Shown in pieces: positions 41,843 to 56,190 of a stretch of 64,000 bases of DNA. This DNA is from Eledone cirrhosa (lineage: Eukaryota). Under the pieces are notes generated by a model. The model did no database searches. It worked only from the letters and a program-made list of their open reading frames with translations, and was not told the DNA's origin. The DNA lies in NCBI GenBank assembly GCA_964016885.1, contig OZ024756.1:15438001-15502000 (forward strand). Reading direction: 5' to 3'. A program made the position numbers and the translations under genes. Each line of letters begins with the position of its first letter. Position 1 is the first letter of the stretch.

Positions 41843-41954
41843 TGTATGTATGTATGTATGTATGTATGTATGTATGTATATACATATGTATATATATAGT
41901 TCTATAGTCATAGGTATGTAAATGTAATCTATATGTTCGAAGGATGTATTGTCA

Positions 41955-42164
41955 GGTGGTGGCACCATGGTGATATGGTGGGGTGGTGGTGGTGGTGAGG
42001 CGATCGTGGTGGTGGTGGTGGTGGTGGCACTTTGGTGATATGGTGGCGGTGTTGGTGATGGTGTTGGTTGTTGCGGTGGCGGTGGTGGTGTTGGTGGTGT
42101 TGGTGATGGTGTTGGTTGTTGTGGTGGCGGTGGTGGAGTTGGTGGAGTTGGTGATGGTGGTGGT

Positions 42165-42195
<31 letters not shown>

Positions 42196-43228
42196 GTGGC
42201 ACTCTGGTGATATGGTGGCGGTGTTGGTGATGGTGTTGGTTGTTGTAGTGGCGGTGGTGGTTTTGGTTGTTGTGGTGGCGGTGGTGGTGTTGGTGGTGTT
42301 GGTGATGGTGTTGGTTGTTGTGGTGGCGGTGGTGGTTTTGGTTGTTGTGGTGGCGGTGGTGGAGTTGGTGGAGTTGGTGTTGGTGGTGTTGGCGGTGTTG
42401 GTGTTGGTGATGGTGGGGTCAGTATGGTGGCGGTGGTGGTGTTGGTGGTGTTGGTGATGGTGTTGGTTGTTGTGGTGGCGGTGGTGGTGTTGGTTGTTGT
42501 GGTGGCGGTGGTGGTGTTGGTGGAGTTGGTGATGGTGTTGGTTGTTGTGGTGGCGGTGGTGGAGTTGGTGTTGGTGGTGTTGGCGGTGTTGGTGTTGGTG
42601 ATGGTGGGGTCGGTATGGTGGCGGTGGTGGTGTTGGTGGTGTTGGTGATGGTGTTGGTTGTTGTGGTGGCGGTGGTGGTGTTGGTGGTGTTGGTGGTGGT
42701 GAGGTCGGTATGGTGGCGGTGGTGGTGTTGGTGGTGTTGGCGGTGTTGGTGTTGGTGGTGTTGGTGGTGGTGTTGGTTGTTGTGGTGGCGGTGGTGGTGT
42801 TGGTGGAGTTGGTGATGGTGGTGGTGTTGGCGGTGTTGGTGTTGGTGATGGTGAGGTCGGTATGGTGGTGGTGGTGGTGTTGGTGGTGTCAGTGGTATTG
42901 GTTGTAGTGGGGGTTAGGTGTCTCCCTCTGCTGAGAAATCCCGACTGTGGGGGGCTATGTGCCCGTGGGTTGGGGCTAATGGAAATATCTGACGACACAC
43001 GGAGAGAAAACAATTTCCATTTATTAACACTCCCCTCCCCACCCTTCTCCCCTCCAACTCCCTCCCTATCCCATCCCCCACCTCCCTCACTCCTTTCCAC
43101 CTCAAACCCCTCCTCCTCCTCCTACTACTACTACTACTACTACTACTGCTGCCACTAATTACACCACCACCTCAACTACTACTAGTGTTACTACTACTAC
43201 TACTACTACTACTACCACTAATTACACC

Positions 43229-43263
<35 letters not shown>

Positions 43264-43291
43264 CACCACCACCACCACCACCACCACCACC

Positions 43292-43338
<47 letters not shown>

Positions 43339-46300
43339 CACTACCACCACCACCACCACTACCACCACCACCACCACCACCACCACCACCACCACCACCA
43401 CTACTACCACCACCACCACCACCACTACTACCACCACCACCACTACTACCACCACCACCACCACCACCACTACTACCACCACCACCACCACCACTACAAC
43501 CACCACCACTACTACCACCACCACCACCACCACTTATACCACCACCACCACTACTACCACCACCAACACCACCACTACCACCACCACCACCACCACTACT
43601 ACCACCACCACCACCACTACCACCACCACCACTACTACCACCACCACCACCACTACCACCACCACCACCACCACCACCACCACCACCACCACTACCACCA
43701 CCACCACCACCACTACTACCACCACCACCACCACTACTACCACCACCACTACTATCACTACTACCACCACCACCACTACTACCACCACCACCACCACCAC
43801 TACTACCACCACCACCACTACTACCACCACCACTACTACCACTACTACCACCACCACCACTACCACCACCACCACTACTACCACCACCACCACCACCACC
43901 ACTACCACCACCACCACTACTACCACCACCACCACCACCACCACTACTACCACCACCACCACTACCACCACCACCACTACCACCACCACCACCACCACCA
44001 CCACCACCACTACCACCACCACCACCACCACTACTACCACCACCACCACCACTACTACCACCACCACTACTATCACTACTACCACCACCACCACCACTAC
44101 TACCACCACCACCACTACTACCACCACCACTACTACCACTACTACCACCACCACCACTACCACCACCACCACTACTACCACCACCACCACCACCACCACT
44201 ACCACCACCACCACTACTACCACCACCACCACCACCACCACTACTACCACCACCACCACTACCACCACCACCACTACCACCACCACCACCACCACCACCA
44301 CCACTACTACCACCACCACCACTACTACCACCACCACTACTACCACCACCACCACCACCACCACCACCACCACCACCACCACCACCACTACTACCACCAC
44401 CACCACCACCACCACTACTACCACCACCACCACTACTACCACCACCACCACCACCACTACCACCACCACCACCACCACTACCACCACCACCACCACTACT
44501 ACCACCACCACTACTACCACCACCACTACTACCACCACCACCACCACCACTACCACCACCACCACCACTACTACCACCACCACCACTACTACTACCACTA
44601 CTACCACCACCACCGCTACTACCACCACCACCACCACTACTACTACTACCACAATTCTGTCCCGACACCAAGTAATCTGTCACCCCAGTATTTGACTGGT
44701 ATGTTATTTTATCAAAGTTAACCATGGCTGGGAGTTCAACTCAGAATTACTGATGTTGGGGTTGGTGGCAGTGATGAGTGGAGGTAGGAGTGATGAGTGG
44801 AGGTGGCAGTGATGAGTGGAGGTGGCAGTGATGAGTGGAGGTAGGAGTGATGAGTGGAGGTGGGAGTGATGAGCGGAGGTGGGAGTGATGATTGGAGGTG
44901 GGAGTGATGAGTGGAGGTAGGAGTAATGAGCGGAGGTGGGAGTGATGAGCGGAGGTGGGAGTGATGAGCGGAGGTGGGAGTGATGAGCGGAGGTGGGAGT
45001 GATGAGTGGAGGTGGGAGTGATGAGTGGAGGTAGGAGTGATGAGCGGAGGTGGGAGTGATGAATGGAGGTGGGAGTGATGAGTGGGGGTGGGAGTGATGA
45101 CTGGGTGTAAGAGTGATGAGCGGAGGTAGGAGTGATGAGTGGAGGTGGGAGTAATGATTGGGGGTGGGAGTGATGTGGGGGTAGGAGTGATGATCGAAAG
45201 TAGGAGTGGTGAGTGGGGCTAGGAGTGATGAGTGGAGGTGGGAGTGATGAGTGGGGGTAGGAGTGATGAATGGAGGTGGGAGTGATGAGTGGGGGTAGGA
45301 GTGATGAGTGATGAGAGGAGGTGGGAGTAATGGGTGGAAGTGATGAGTGGGAGTAATGAGAGGGGTTGGGAGGGCGGGAGTGATGAGGGAAGGTGGGAAT
45401 TGGGTATGAGAATTGATGAGTGGAAGGTGGTGAGTGTCGAGTGGGAAGTGTTGAGTGGGGTCTCGGGAGTCGGGAATTTGTGCAATGTGGGGGAAAGTGG
45501 TAGTGAAGAGTGGGAGTGGGGGATGGGGGGGGGGAACCAGGAAGAGAGATCACATGACCAATGTTTGACGATCCTATTTGGAAGGATAGGAAGAAGCGCT
45601 AACGCGGAATAACTGATGGGAGCAGAATATAATATGGCGTGTGTGTATGTGTTGGTGTATGTGTGTGTGTGTGTTGGTGTATGTGTTGGTGTATGTATGA
45701 GTGTGTTTTGGTGTATGTGTATGTGTGTGTATGTGTTGGTGTATGTATGTGTGTGTATGTGTTGGTGTATGCGTGTGTATCTGTATGTGTGTGTGCGTGT
45801 TGGTGTATGTGATGGTGGTGGTGATGGCGGCGGTGATGGTGGTGGTGGTGGTGATGGTGGTGATGGTGGTGGTGATGGTGGTGGTGGTGATGGTGGTGGT
45901 GATTGTGGTGATGGCGGTGGTGATGGTGGTGGTGATGGTGGTGGTGGTGGTGGTGATGGTGGTGATGGTGGTGGTGATGGTGGTGGTGGTGATGGTGGTG
46001 GTGATTGTGGTGATGGCGGTGGTGATGGTGGTGGTGGTGGTGGTGATGGTGGTAATGGCGGTGGTGGTGGTGGTGGTGGTGGTGGCGGTGGTGATGGTGG
46101 TGGTGATGGTGGTGATGATGATGATGGTGGTGGTGGTGATTGTGGTGATGGTGGTGGTGATGGTGGTGGTGGTGGTGGTGGTGGTGATGGTGGTGATGAT
46201 GGTGGTGATGGTGGTGGTGGTGGTGATTGGGCTGATGGCAGTGGTGATGGTGGTGGTGATGGTGGTGGTGGTGATGGTGGTAATGGCAGTGGTGATGGTG

Positions 46301-46464
46301 GTGGTGGTGGTGGTGATGGTGGGGGGGGGGGGGTGGTAGTGGCGATGCTGGCCTGAGATTGAGGGCGGGGTAGAGACGGAAGCCCGATTTATGTGAGAAC
46401 GATAAGAATCTTCAGACACAACTATATCGATGTTCAGCAATTAGTTGCTGTGTAACACGACAGG

Positions 46465-46532
<68 letters not shown>

Positions 46533-47110
46533 AACTACGACCACCACTAAAACTACAGGAACTACTACTACTACTACTACTACAACTATTACTACTACCA
46601 CTACTACTACTACAACCAACCATGCCAAACCCGCCCAAACAATTTCTCTACATTTGATCAAAGATATTTCGGAAGGAACCAACGAAGCGCAAGGAATTGC
46701 GGGAGGTCCACTGCGAGACATTGGGGGGGGCGTATTGGTGTGGTGGTAGTAGTGGTGGTGGTGGTGGTGGTGGGGTGTTGGTGGTGGTGGCAGTGGGGTA
46801 TTGCTGGTGGTGGTGGTGGTGGTGGTGGAGTATTTGTGGTGGGGAATATTGGTGTTGGATGTGGTGCGGTGGTGGTGGGGGTATGGGGGGCTTGTGGTGG
46901 TCGTGGTGGTAGAGGTACTGGGGGGGTATTGGTGGTGGTGGTGGTGATCGTCGTGATATTGATGGTGGGGGGATTGGTGGTTGTGGCGGCGTGATGTGGT
47001 GCTGGTGCTGGTGGTAGTGGTGGTGGTGGTGGTGGTGATGGTGGTGTGGTATGGTGTTGGTGGTGGTGGTGAGGTGATGGTGGTGATGGTGGTGGTGGTG
47101 GTGGGAGAAG
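41955..47110. repeat. Composite low-complexity block: (GGT)n variants, 1.5-kb (CCA/CTA)n, 19-bp GTGATGAGTGGAGGTGGGA array, (GGT/GAT)n
   Basis: Direct inspection; short unique islands lie in between. Confidence 0.95.
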
Positions 47111-47290
47111 TCATGTGATCAAGACTGATTGAGGTTCCCTTTTATCGGATCTTTTTAAAATATCTTTCCGAGCCTCCTCCAAGTACATAATATTTTCCTG
47201 GCTTTCAACACACCTTTATCTATCTATTTATCTATCTATCTATCTAGCTAGCTAGCTATCTACATATCTATCTATCTATATATCTATCTA

Positions 47291-50076
47291 TAGATTTCTA
47301 ATTGGACAGAATGATAAGGAAACATTAAGCTATCCACAAATGCACATGGTTGCCTATTCAGACCACAAATTAGTCACCTGCATAGTCAACCTTGATAGAA
47401 CTCATAGACAGGGACCCGGATACTGGAAGCTAAACATATTTCTCCCGGCGCGTAAGGCCTACAGTAAACAGATTAGCAACTTAGTTAAGAGCCAGTTGAC
47501 GGGGGCCATCGTCAACAACAGGTGGTGGAGCTCTCTCAAGAGAGCAATTAGAATAGAATCGATAGCATTTAGCAAGGAAGTAGCTTTAGAAAAGAACAAA
47601 ACTGGAAAAGAACTTGTAGTTAAAGTAGAAGAGGCATTAGGAATGGCTGTACAGCTGACGTGTTAGCGGCGAGAACGGCACTGGACCAGTTCTTCAACGT
47701 GAAACACGAAGGTTGTATTGTCAGAAGTAGAACATGTGCTCTAAGAAACGAGGAAGCCAAAGCTATTAGCTGGGCCCGAGTGGCAGAGACGAAAAGTAGC
47801 AACAAATCCATAATTCGATCTTTGCAAGGCAAAGATGGACGCATTCTACTTGAATCCAAGCCGATGTGCACGGCCTTCCAGCAGCACTTTGCACAACAGT
47901 TCAGGCAAAGCGGTACGTCGAGCGAGGTGATGGACTTCAGTTCCTACCTCGACGGCCTACCACGACTCTCGAGTACGGATGCAGAAAGCTGCGAAAGACC
48001 GATCACAGCGGGCGAAATAGAAGATGCTCTAGGCCGCTGCGGGAAATGCAAATCCCCCGGTTTAGATGGTGTACCCTATGAGTTTTACATAGGCATGCCA
48101 GACTTTTTCTTTGGCGTCCTCGAAGCGGTCTATTGCAACTGGCAGCCGAACGGGAGGATTCCCAGTTCTGTAGGCAGAGGCGTAGTAATGCTTATCAGGA
48201 AAGATGAGAACAAAGGGATGAGATAAGCAATTTCAGGCCCATAACTCTGCTCAACACAGAGTTAATGATTTGGGCCAAGGTGTTAGAAACGAGGCTGGTG
48301 TTTGTCGTCGAGAACCTGGTAGGGGAAGCGTAAACTTGTGCAATCCCGACCAGGTCCATATACGACAACCTCATGTGATACATCATAGAGAGGGTTGGGT
48401 GTAAACCTGGCTTCGGTGGGGCTCTGATCAATTTAGATCAATCTAAGGCATTTGATAAGGTCGACCATCAATATTTGGAAGTTGTTCTCAGCGCGGCCGG
48501 CTTCAGTCCCGTCTTCAGAGGCTGGATCGCTGCCATGCACACCAGCATCTGCTCGGCAGTCAAGGTAAATGGCTACCTATCGGAGCCATTCCAAATCATG
48601 TGTTCCAGCCGTCAGGGATGCCCTATCTCATCCATTCTGTATGTACTGACTCTAGAGCCATTACTTCGGAAGTTGGAGCTGTTGCAGGGTATCCCGGTCG
48701 AACTAGGACTGCGGAAAGCAGCGTCGGCCTATGCCGACGACGTAACCGTAATGGCGTCGAAAACCTCGGAAGTCGGGCTAATCGGCAACCTATTACAAGA
48801 ATACGAAACGTTGACAGGAGCAACACTAAACCCAAACGAGTCTGTCGGTTTACAACTCGGCACATAGAGAAGCAAACCCATGCCTTCCGACAGCGTCGTT
48901 GGACGCTGGACGGAAGGACCGGTGAAATTGCTCGGGATCTGGTTTGGTCCGTGGCTGATGATGCGTAAACACGCGCTGAGGCTACGCCATCTCCAGTTAT
49001 TCCTAACCGGCGAACCGGTGTGCATGTCGTTTGTGAGACGAGCTCTTCCACAACTCGTCTCGCTAACAGAGTTGCAGTCCTGGATCAAGAGAAGACCGAA
49101 AATGGGTGCCTGGCACCTCGAGTGCCTTCAGGCGCTCACAGCCTTCTACCAAGCGGAAACGGCAATTAGCAGAGACTCCACTTCGACATTCTATATGGGG
49201 ATTAGTGGAGGATAAGTGCGACGACATTCTCGGGGAAACTCTAGGCATCGAGGAAGACGAACTGACCAGTCTGTTCGGGAGGACTTTCCCTCCAGGGCCT
49301 ATGGATAACTTCCAGAGGTCTCTGCCCTGGCAGTGCTACAGAGGAGCTTCACCAGTTCGAGACAAAATCTACAGGCACAGACGCCCTGGCAGAGATCCTG
49401 CCAAAAGGACCTGTCCAAGATGCGAGCAAGACATTGAAACCGTCCTGCACGCAATTGTTCAGTGCTCAGGGGTGACCGACCTGTGGAATTATGTCGAGCA
49501 GCTACTGTCACGTGTGGGACGCATGCAGGTGCCAGCCGAGTCCATCGTGAGGATCACGCCGCCGCCTTCATTTAAGAATGAAGGAGAAGCGGTTTTACTT
49601 TGTCTCGTGGCTATGACGAAAGAGGTAATATGGTGGACGAGGTTAAAAGGACTGAGGGCAAACATCTTTCTCTCCAGACAACAACTCATCCCCTTCTTTA
49701 AGTACCACTTCAGAAGGAAGGTGAGAGTGGAGAGAGAGGTGCTACACCCCAGTAAATTCGTTGAAAGGTGGGTGAACGTGGCGAAAATGGCTCGAGTGAA
49801 TGGGCCTTCTCTGTATATAAACCTGTAGGTTGAGGAAGACAAACAGAGGGAAGACGGGAACACCTACAAAACGTGTTCCTGGTGTTGAGGGTTGTTCTAT
49901 CCACGTGGTGTAAAACAACCCTGCAGTAACGTTCCCTCCTATTGGGGATTTCGATTATTTTATTTTTTATAAATTCTATTGTTATCCATTATTATTGTCA
50001 AAGATTTTATGTAAAACCCCCGCCGTCACGTCTTGTAATGTCCCATTTTTGTACGCCCTTGTGGCAAATAAAGAAA
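47291..50076 (+). mobile_element. 5'-truncated, disrupted Tx1/L1-clade LINE (APE C-terminus, RT, zinc knuckle)
   Basis: SDHKLV, GPGYWKLN, KSPGLDGVPYEFY, NFRPITLLNTE, LDQSKAFDKVDH, QGCPIS, AYADDVT, CPRC...ETVLHAIVQC; stop at 49828; AATAAA at 50067; (TATC)n on both sides; several frameshifts and stops. Confidence 0.95.
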
Positions 50077-50126
50077 TCTATCTATCTATCTATTTATTTA
50101 TCTATCTATCTATCTATCTATCTACA

Positions 50127-50165
<39 letters not shown>

Positions 50166-50339
50166 TTATCTATATATCTATCTACATATCTATGTCCATA
50201 TATCTATCTACCTATCTATCCATCTGTCGATCTGAAAGAAAGAAAGAGCAAAACGATGTGAGAATAAACCTGTATATATGAATTTATATGAATTATAATA
50301 TATATCTGTGTATATAATATCACCTTGATCACCTTGACC

Positions 50340-50730
50340 ATCCAGACTGTCGGATGTTGTTTTGAATCCACTGGCCACAGCATTTCATCCATCCCATTCT
50401 TGACCACACCCTCCTTATCCATTACCGTCCCATTGTTCTCTTTATACTGTCAATCCATCTGAGTGGAGACCTTTCAACAAATGGTTGTTCCTCACATGTG
50501 CAGGTACCACTCAATAACTACACAGGTCCACTGATTATCAGTGAACCATACATGTCCGACCTGTCCGAGTTTGTTCAGACGGTTCTCGGCTATAACATCC
50601 TTCACTCCGGTTCTTTCCCTAATCTGCTCATTTTGGATGTGATCTCTCAAGAAGACCTTTCCATGTCTCTTTAGAACGTTATTAACCGCTGTACCTTCCT
50701 CTTCGACGTCGCCCAACTTCCACTTGCAAA
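50340..50730 (-). mobile_element. RTE LINE 3' fragment
   Basis: LRDHIQNEQIRERTGVKDVI...KLGQVGHV...QWTCVVIEW. Confidence 0.75.
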
Positions 50731-50761
50731 CACGCACACACACACACACGCACACACACAC

Positions 50762-50833
<72 letters not shown>

Positions 50834-50959
50834 GTAGGAGGTGAGTTTTATTGTAGTACAATAAAGCAATGCAGATATCGGATAAGAAGCACTCTACAAT
50901 TTGTAGGACTGGAGTATACATAATATATAAGAACAAAAGATGGTTAAAAGAGTTCCATG

Positions 50960-51030
50960 TATTTTATTATGCGCATTTCAAAAACAAATATCATCATGCA
51001 ATAATATTTGTGTTTTCATCAGATAAAATA
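50960..51030 (-). ncRNA. Type I hammerhead ribozyme
   Basis: UAUUUUAU-CUGAUGA-helix II-GAAA-UGCGCA-UA-AUAAAAUA. Confidence 0.8.
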
Positions 51031-51138
51031 GGAAGACATGATATGAAGGTTAAAAAACACTTGTGGATAGTGCAGTTGATATGTTGATTTAAAACTGCAC
51101 TATCCACAAGTGTTTTTAACCTTCATATCATGTCCTCC

Positions 51139-51209
51139 TATTTTATCTGATGAAAACACAAATGTTATTGCATGATGATATTTGTTTTTGAAATACGCAT
51201 AATAAAATA
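51139..51209 (+). ncRNA. Type I hammerhead ribozyme (mirror copy, helix III UACGCA)
   Basis: CTGATGA 51147-51153; GAAA 51190-51193; ATA site; one substitution breaks the palindrome. Confidence 0.7.
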
Positions 51210-51244
51210 CATGGAACTCTTTTAACCATCTTTTGTTCTTATAC

Positions 51245-51310
<66 letters not shown>

Positions 51311-51520
51311 ATATATTATATATATATTATATATATATATATATTATATATATATTATATATATATATATATTATATATATATTATATATATATATATAT
51401 TATATATATATTATATATATATATATATTATATATATATTATATATATATATATATTATATATATATTATATATATATATATATTATATATATATATATA
51501 TTATATATATATATATATAT

Positions 51521-51551
<31 letters not shown>

Positions 51552-51581
51552 ATATATATATATATATATTATATATATATA

Positions 51582-51689
<108 letters not shown>

Positions 51690-51896
51690 AAATTAAGATA
51701 AATCAAATGAATTTAATCTAAATCAAAATTATGGGTGTCATGCCAGAAAGACATGCGCCATATCACCCGCAAAATAAGCTCTAAGATTCTAACGAGTAGG
51801 TCCGAGCATTTTATAATAACTAGAGATTGATTAACACTTGTAAAAATTATCTCCTGTGATTATTCATGTTTATTTATATGTTAATCAATCTCTAGT

Positions 51897-51950
<54 letters not shown>

Positions 51951-51958
<8 letters not shown>

Positions 51959-52545
51959 CGTAAAATAAGAAAATTTTAAAAAATTAACTTACTTACTAAA
52001 GTTTTCACTCCAACTAATTAGTTTCTGCAATGGGATAAAGACAGTTACGTAATAAACTGTCGAGAATTCATTGCGTCATCAGGGAGTCTATTCTCAGCTA
52101 AGTCTCCAGGCAATGCGCGGTCACTGGGGACTCATATAAAAATAATAATAATTCGGTAAATGGAACAGCTAGCGGGGACTGGATTCCATGCACTGAAAAT
52201 CTCGCTGTCACTGGTCAAATGGCAGATTCTAAAGAATCAATCACGTGACACAGAGGCTAGTCGGTAGGAGTGGGATGGTAAGATGACAGAAGCCTACTAA
52301 CACACCAATAAATTAGTAGTGGTTTTGGCAGGTTTGCTCGACAAATAAGTAATTTGGAGATAAATATAGAAAATTTAGTATATCTACTAACATATGCGTA
52401 CAGATGTACGCTAATACTAGCAAATACACAGGTTATGTCATAGTACCTAGGTGGTTCAATGCAGGAGGATGCAGAACAATAATATAAAAGACGTAAAATA
52501 AGAAAATTTTAAAAAATTAACTTACTTACTAAAATTTTCACTCCA
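51951..52545 (-). mobile_element. Retrozyme-like element: 533-bp monomer plus a ~62-bp terminal direct repeat
   Basis: Direct repeats 51951-52012 and 52484-52545; hammerhead at 52007-52087; 3' end in (TA)n. Confidence 0.8.
52007..52087 (-). ncRNA. Type I hammerhead ribozyme
   Basis: ACUCC-CUGAUGA-C-GCAAUG...GACAGUU/AACUGUC...CAUUGC-A-GAAA-CUAAUUAG-UU-GGAGU; palindromic helix III; GUU site. Confidence 0.8.
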
Positions 52546-52561
52546 GTATCGAGTACTCTGG

Positions 52562-52630
<69 letters not shown>

Positions 52631-52633
<3 letters not shown>

Positions 52634-52780
52634 CAAAGAGGGTGTGGTAAGATACCAGATGGACCATAACGCACCAGAGTACTCGATACTTAGAGTAGTA
52701 GAGTGGGTAATATGAAAAAATTCAGGACCCCGACGGCTGAGCTCCGGCCGTTTCGACAGCTAGATTTCGACAGCTAGATC
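52631..52780 (-). mobile_element. Family A copy just upstream of the Barx acceptor
   Basis: GGACCATAACGCACCAGAGTACTCGATAC...GACCCCGACGGCTGAGCTCCGGCCGTTTCGAC. Confidence 0.8.
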
Positions 52781-52786
52781 AGCTGA

Positions 52787-53450
<664 letters not shown>

Positions 53451-53488
53451 TTAGAGTAGTGAACGCTGCAAATTGGCAGAATGGTAAA

Positions 53489-54440
53489 TTCCCCGACCAC
53501 ACCATCGATCTATACCGCGACGACGGTCTTTCTTTGGCCTATGACTGCAGTAGGCAAACTCTGGGTAGGTCCTGTAAGGATCTGATAGACACATTTAGCA
53601 TGTCAGGACATAAGATCACAGTAGACACTAACCTCACTAGCGCAGACTTTCTTGATGTCAAGCTAGACCGATCAACAGGTACACATAAACTGAATGAGGG
53701 GCTGAAATATACTAACGGAGGATCCTGCCACCCACCTACAGTTTTTAAAAATCTGATATCCGACATTAGCCGTAAAATCTCTAACCTATCATCTAGTAGA
53801 GTAACATTTGAGAAGGTAACACCTCCGAGATAGTGGATTCAGGGAACAGATCAAATACATGCCTAATAGACCCCCACCTAAAAATAAAAATAGAGAAAGA
53901 AAAATAATCTGGTTCGCTCCTCCTTTCTCACTAAATATAAAGACTAATGTAGGTAAGAAATTCTTAGACCTAATGGATAAGCACTTCACCCAACAACATT
54001 GATACAGTAAAATCGACGTTCGGTGAGAATATCCTGCTCTTGCGCACCACCAGGAAGAAAGACAACTGTCCATTACAACTGTAATGTAAAGTCCATAATA
54101 TACGAGGCAGAGATCAAACACACAAACACCAGCTAGTCAGAAACCCGTGAAAATGTGTAATTACGGTCCATGACCGATTTAAGCAAAGGTTCTACTTTTA
54201 CAACTCCTCATTTACGCATCCCGACATGAAAACCACCACAGTGCTGACAAAAAGGAGTACTGCACGATATTACATGGAAAGTGTTCGAAAAGTCCACGCC
54301 GTAAAAAAACGGAACGAAGAGATGCCCGCTCTGCCTCGCCGAGAAATTTAGGATCTTGCAGGGTTTATACTCACTGGACACATACCTAAACTCCAAGACT
54401 TTAGACTTTATTTGCATCAGAAAGCCCATCTCTTATCCAA
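53489..54440 (+). mobile_element. Decayed Penelope-like retroelement (RT C-terminal half, thumb, GIY-YIG endonuclease)
   Basis: [92 protein letters not shown]; frameshifts and stops present. Confidence 0.85.
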
Positions 54441-54909
54441 CCGGAAACCCAAACCACAAGATACCTTCTCACCGGACCTGTTAAATCCTCCATGATCCTA
54501 TTGCTCTCTGTTACCTATCCACGCACAAAAAATTTGAACCCATCACATCCATACTAAATAATGATCTGTTGGAAGAGGGTTTAGTATCACAATATCACAT
54601 TGCAACCTAACGATGACACATACAATCAACTATTTTATTTAAAAAATAATTTTACATATTCAGATTTTAGGTATTGAGAAGTTATTAGAGGTGGCTTAAA
54701 TATTTTAAATATCTTATCTTAATTATTTTTGATATTTGCAATTTACAATATAGCTGACAAGCCAGATTGCAAACAGGCATTTACACCCCAAAAGTTGCCT
54801 CCCTTGATTGCCCAGAAATAATCATTCTACCATTTATAAAGTGGTAATCATAACTGAACCCCGAAATCTAAGATGGCGCATACATGTTAAGTGTATGAAA
54901 CTTTATTTA

Positions 54910-54989
<80 letters not shown>

Positions 54990-55169
54990 CTTATTATATA
55001 TATATATATATATTATACCTCATTATACCTAATTATACAAAACAAATTATATTGAATAATTCTAACAAATGACTACAACTATAAACAATAGTTTTCGTAA
55101 AAGTAATTCCCTCCCTCTCTATCTCTCTCACTCTCTCTTTCCCCCTCTCATCCCCTCTCTATTTATCTA

Positions 55170-55227
<58 letters not shown>

Positions 55228-55332
55228 TCACCCTTGCCCTTCTCTTTCTAGTGTGACAGATTTTTTACACCACAGATACCCTAAATTTAAATATAATACT
55301 GTTTCATCGTTATTTTTTTTTTTTTTTCTTAG

Positions 55333-55497
55333 GTTATGCAGAAAGGCGGGACAGAGCCCCCAACGAAACCAAAAGGCAGACCGAAAAAGAACTGCTTCGT
55401 ATACCCAGAAAAATGTAGGGAAGGTCAGTCGGTGATGAGAGAAATAGATTTAAGTGAATCGTCCAACTGTAGTGAGACGGCACGAGAGTTGGAGTGA
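55333..55497 (+). CDS. Barx: Barx-class homeobox gene, exon after the homeodomain
   Basis: Acceptor (T)nCTTAG|55333, phase 0. Encodes VMQKGGTEPPTKPKGRPKKNCFVYPEKCREGQSVMREIDLSESSNCSETARELE*. PTKPKGRPKKN is the Barx basic region. The 3' boundary is uncertain (possible donor at 55424). Confidence 0.88.
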   Translation, partial: VMQKGGTEPPTKPKGRPKKNCFVYPEKCREGQSVMREIDLSESSNCSETARELE

Positions 55498-56190
55498 GAA
55501 CAAAACTGGGAGAGTGAGGTTGGGAGTGAGAGAGGTGAAAGTGGGAGAGATGTTGAGTAAGAGAGTGGGGAGTGGGGGAGAGTGGGGAGTGGGAGAGAGA
55601 GGGGAGAGTGGGAGAGGGAGAGTTGGAGTGAGACGGCACGAGAGTTGGAGTGAGAACAAAACTGGGAGAGTGAGGTTGGGAGTGAGAGAGGTGAGAGTGA
55701 GAGAGATGTTGAGAAAGAGAGTGGGGAGTGGGAGAGAGAGGGGGGAGTGGGAGAGGGAGAGTTGTAGTGAGACGGCACGAGAGTTGGAGTGAGAACAAAA
55801 CTGGGAGAGTGAGGTTGAGAGTGAGAGAGGTGAGAGTGGGAGAGATGTTGAGTAAGAGAGTGGGGAGTGGGAGAGAGAGGGGAGAGTGGGAGAGGGAGAG
55901 TTGTAGTGAGACGGCATGAGAGTTGGAGTGAGAACAAAACTGGGAGAGTGAGGTTGGGAGTGAGAGAGGTGAGAGTGGGAGAGATGTTGAGTAAGAGAGT
56001 GGGGAGTGGGAGAGAGAGGGGAGAGTGGGAGAGAGAGAGTTGGAGTGAGAACAAAACTAGGAGAGTGAGGTTGGGAGTGAGAGAGGTGAGAGTGGGAGAG
56101 ATGTAGAGTAAGAGAGTGGGGAGAGGGAGAGAGAGAGGGGAAAGGGAGAGTTGTAGTGAGACGGCACGAGAGTTGGAGTGAGAATAGAAT
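55468..56190. repeat. ~139-bp purine-rich tandem repeat overlapping the Barx stop codon
   Basis: AGTGAGACGGCACGAGAGTTGGAGTGAGAA units start at ~55468, 55624, 55763, 55902 and 56152, with a partial unit at ~56039. Confidence 0.9.

Larger units (their letters stand above)
50833..51245 (-). mobile_element. Fold-back element with hammerheads on both arms (same family as 6967-7390)
   Basis: Alignable by eye with 6967-7390 along its whole length; the turn is at ~51083. Confidence 0.85.

Noticed and set aside
42981-43020. CTGACGA...GAAA hammerhead-like hit
   Set aside because: There is no helix II, and helix I cannot be closed in register.
43172-46440. Long Gly/Ser-, Pro/Leu-, Val- and Thr-rich ORFs resembling structural proteins
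   Set aside because: These are trinucleotide repeats open in several frames on both strands, with no signal peptide, splice context or unique domain.
46620-46740. HLIKDIS as a possible eh1-like motif
   Set aside because: Poor match, no suitable start or donor, and the frame ends in repeat sequence.
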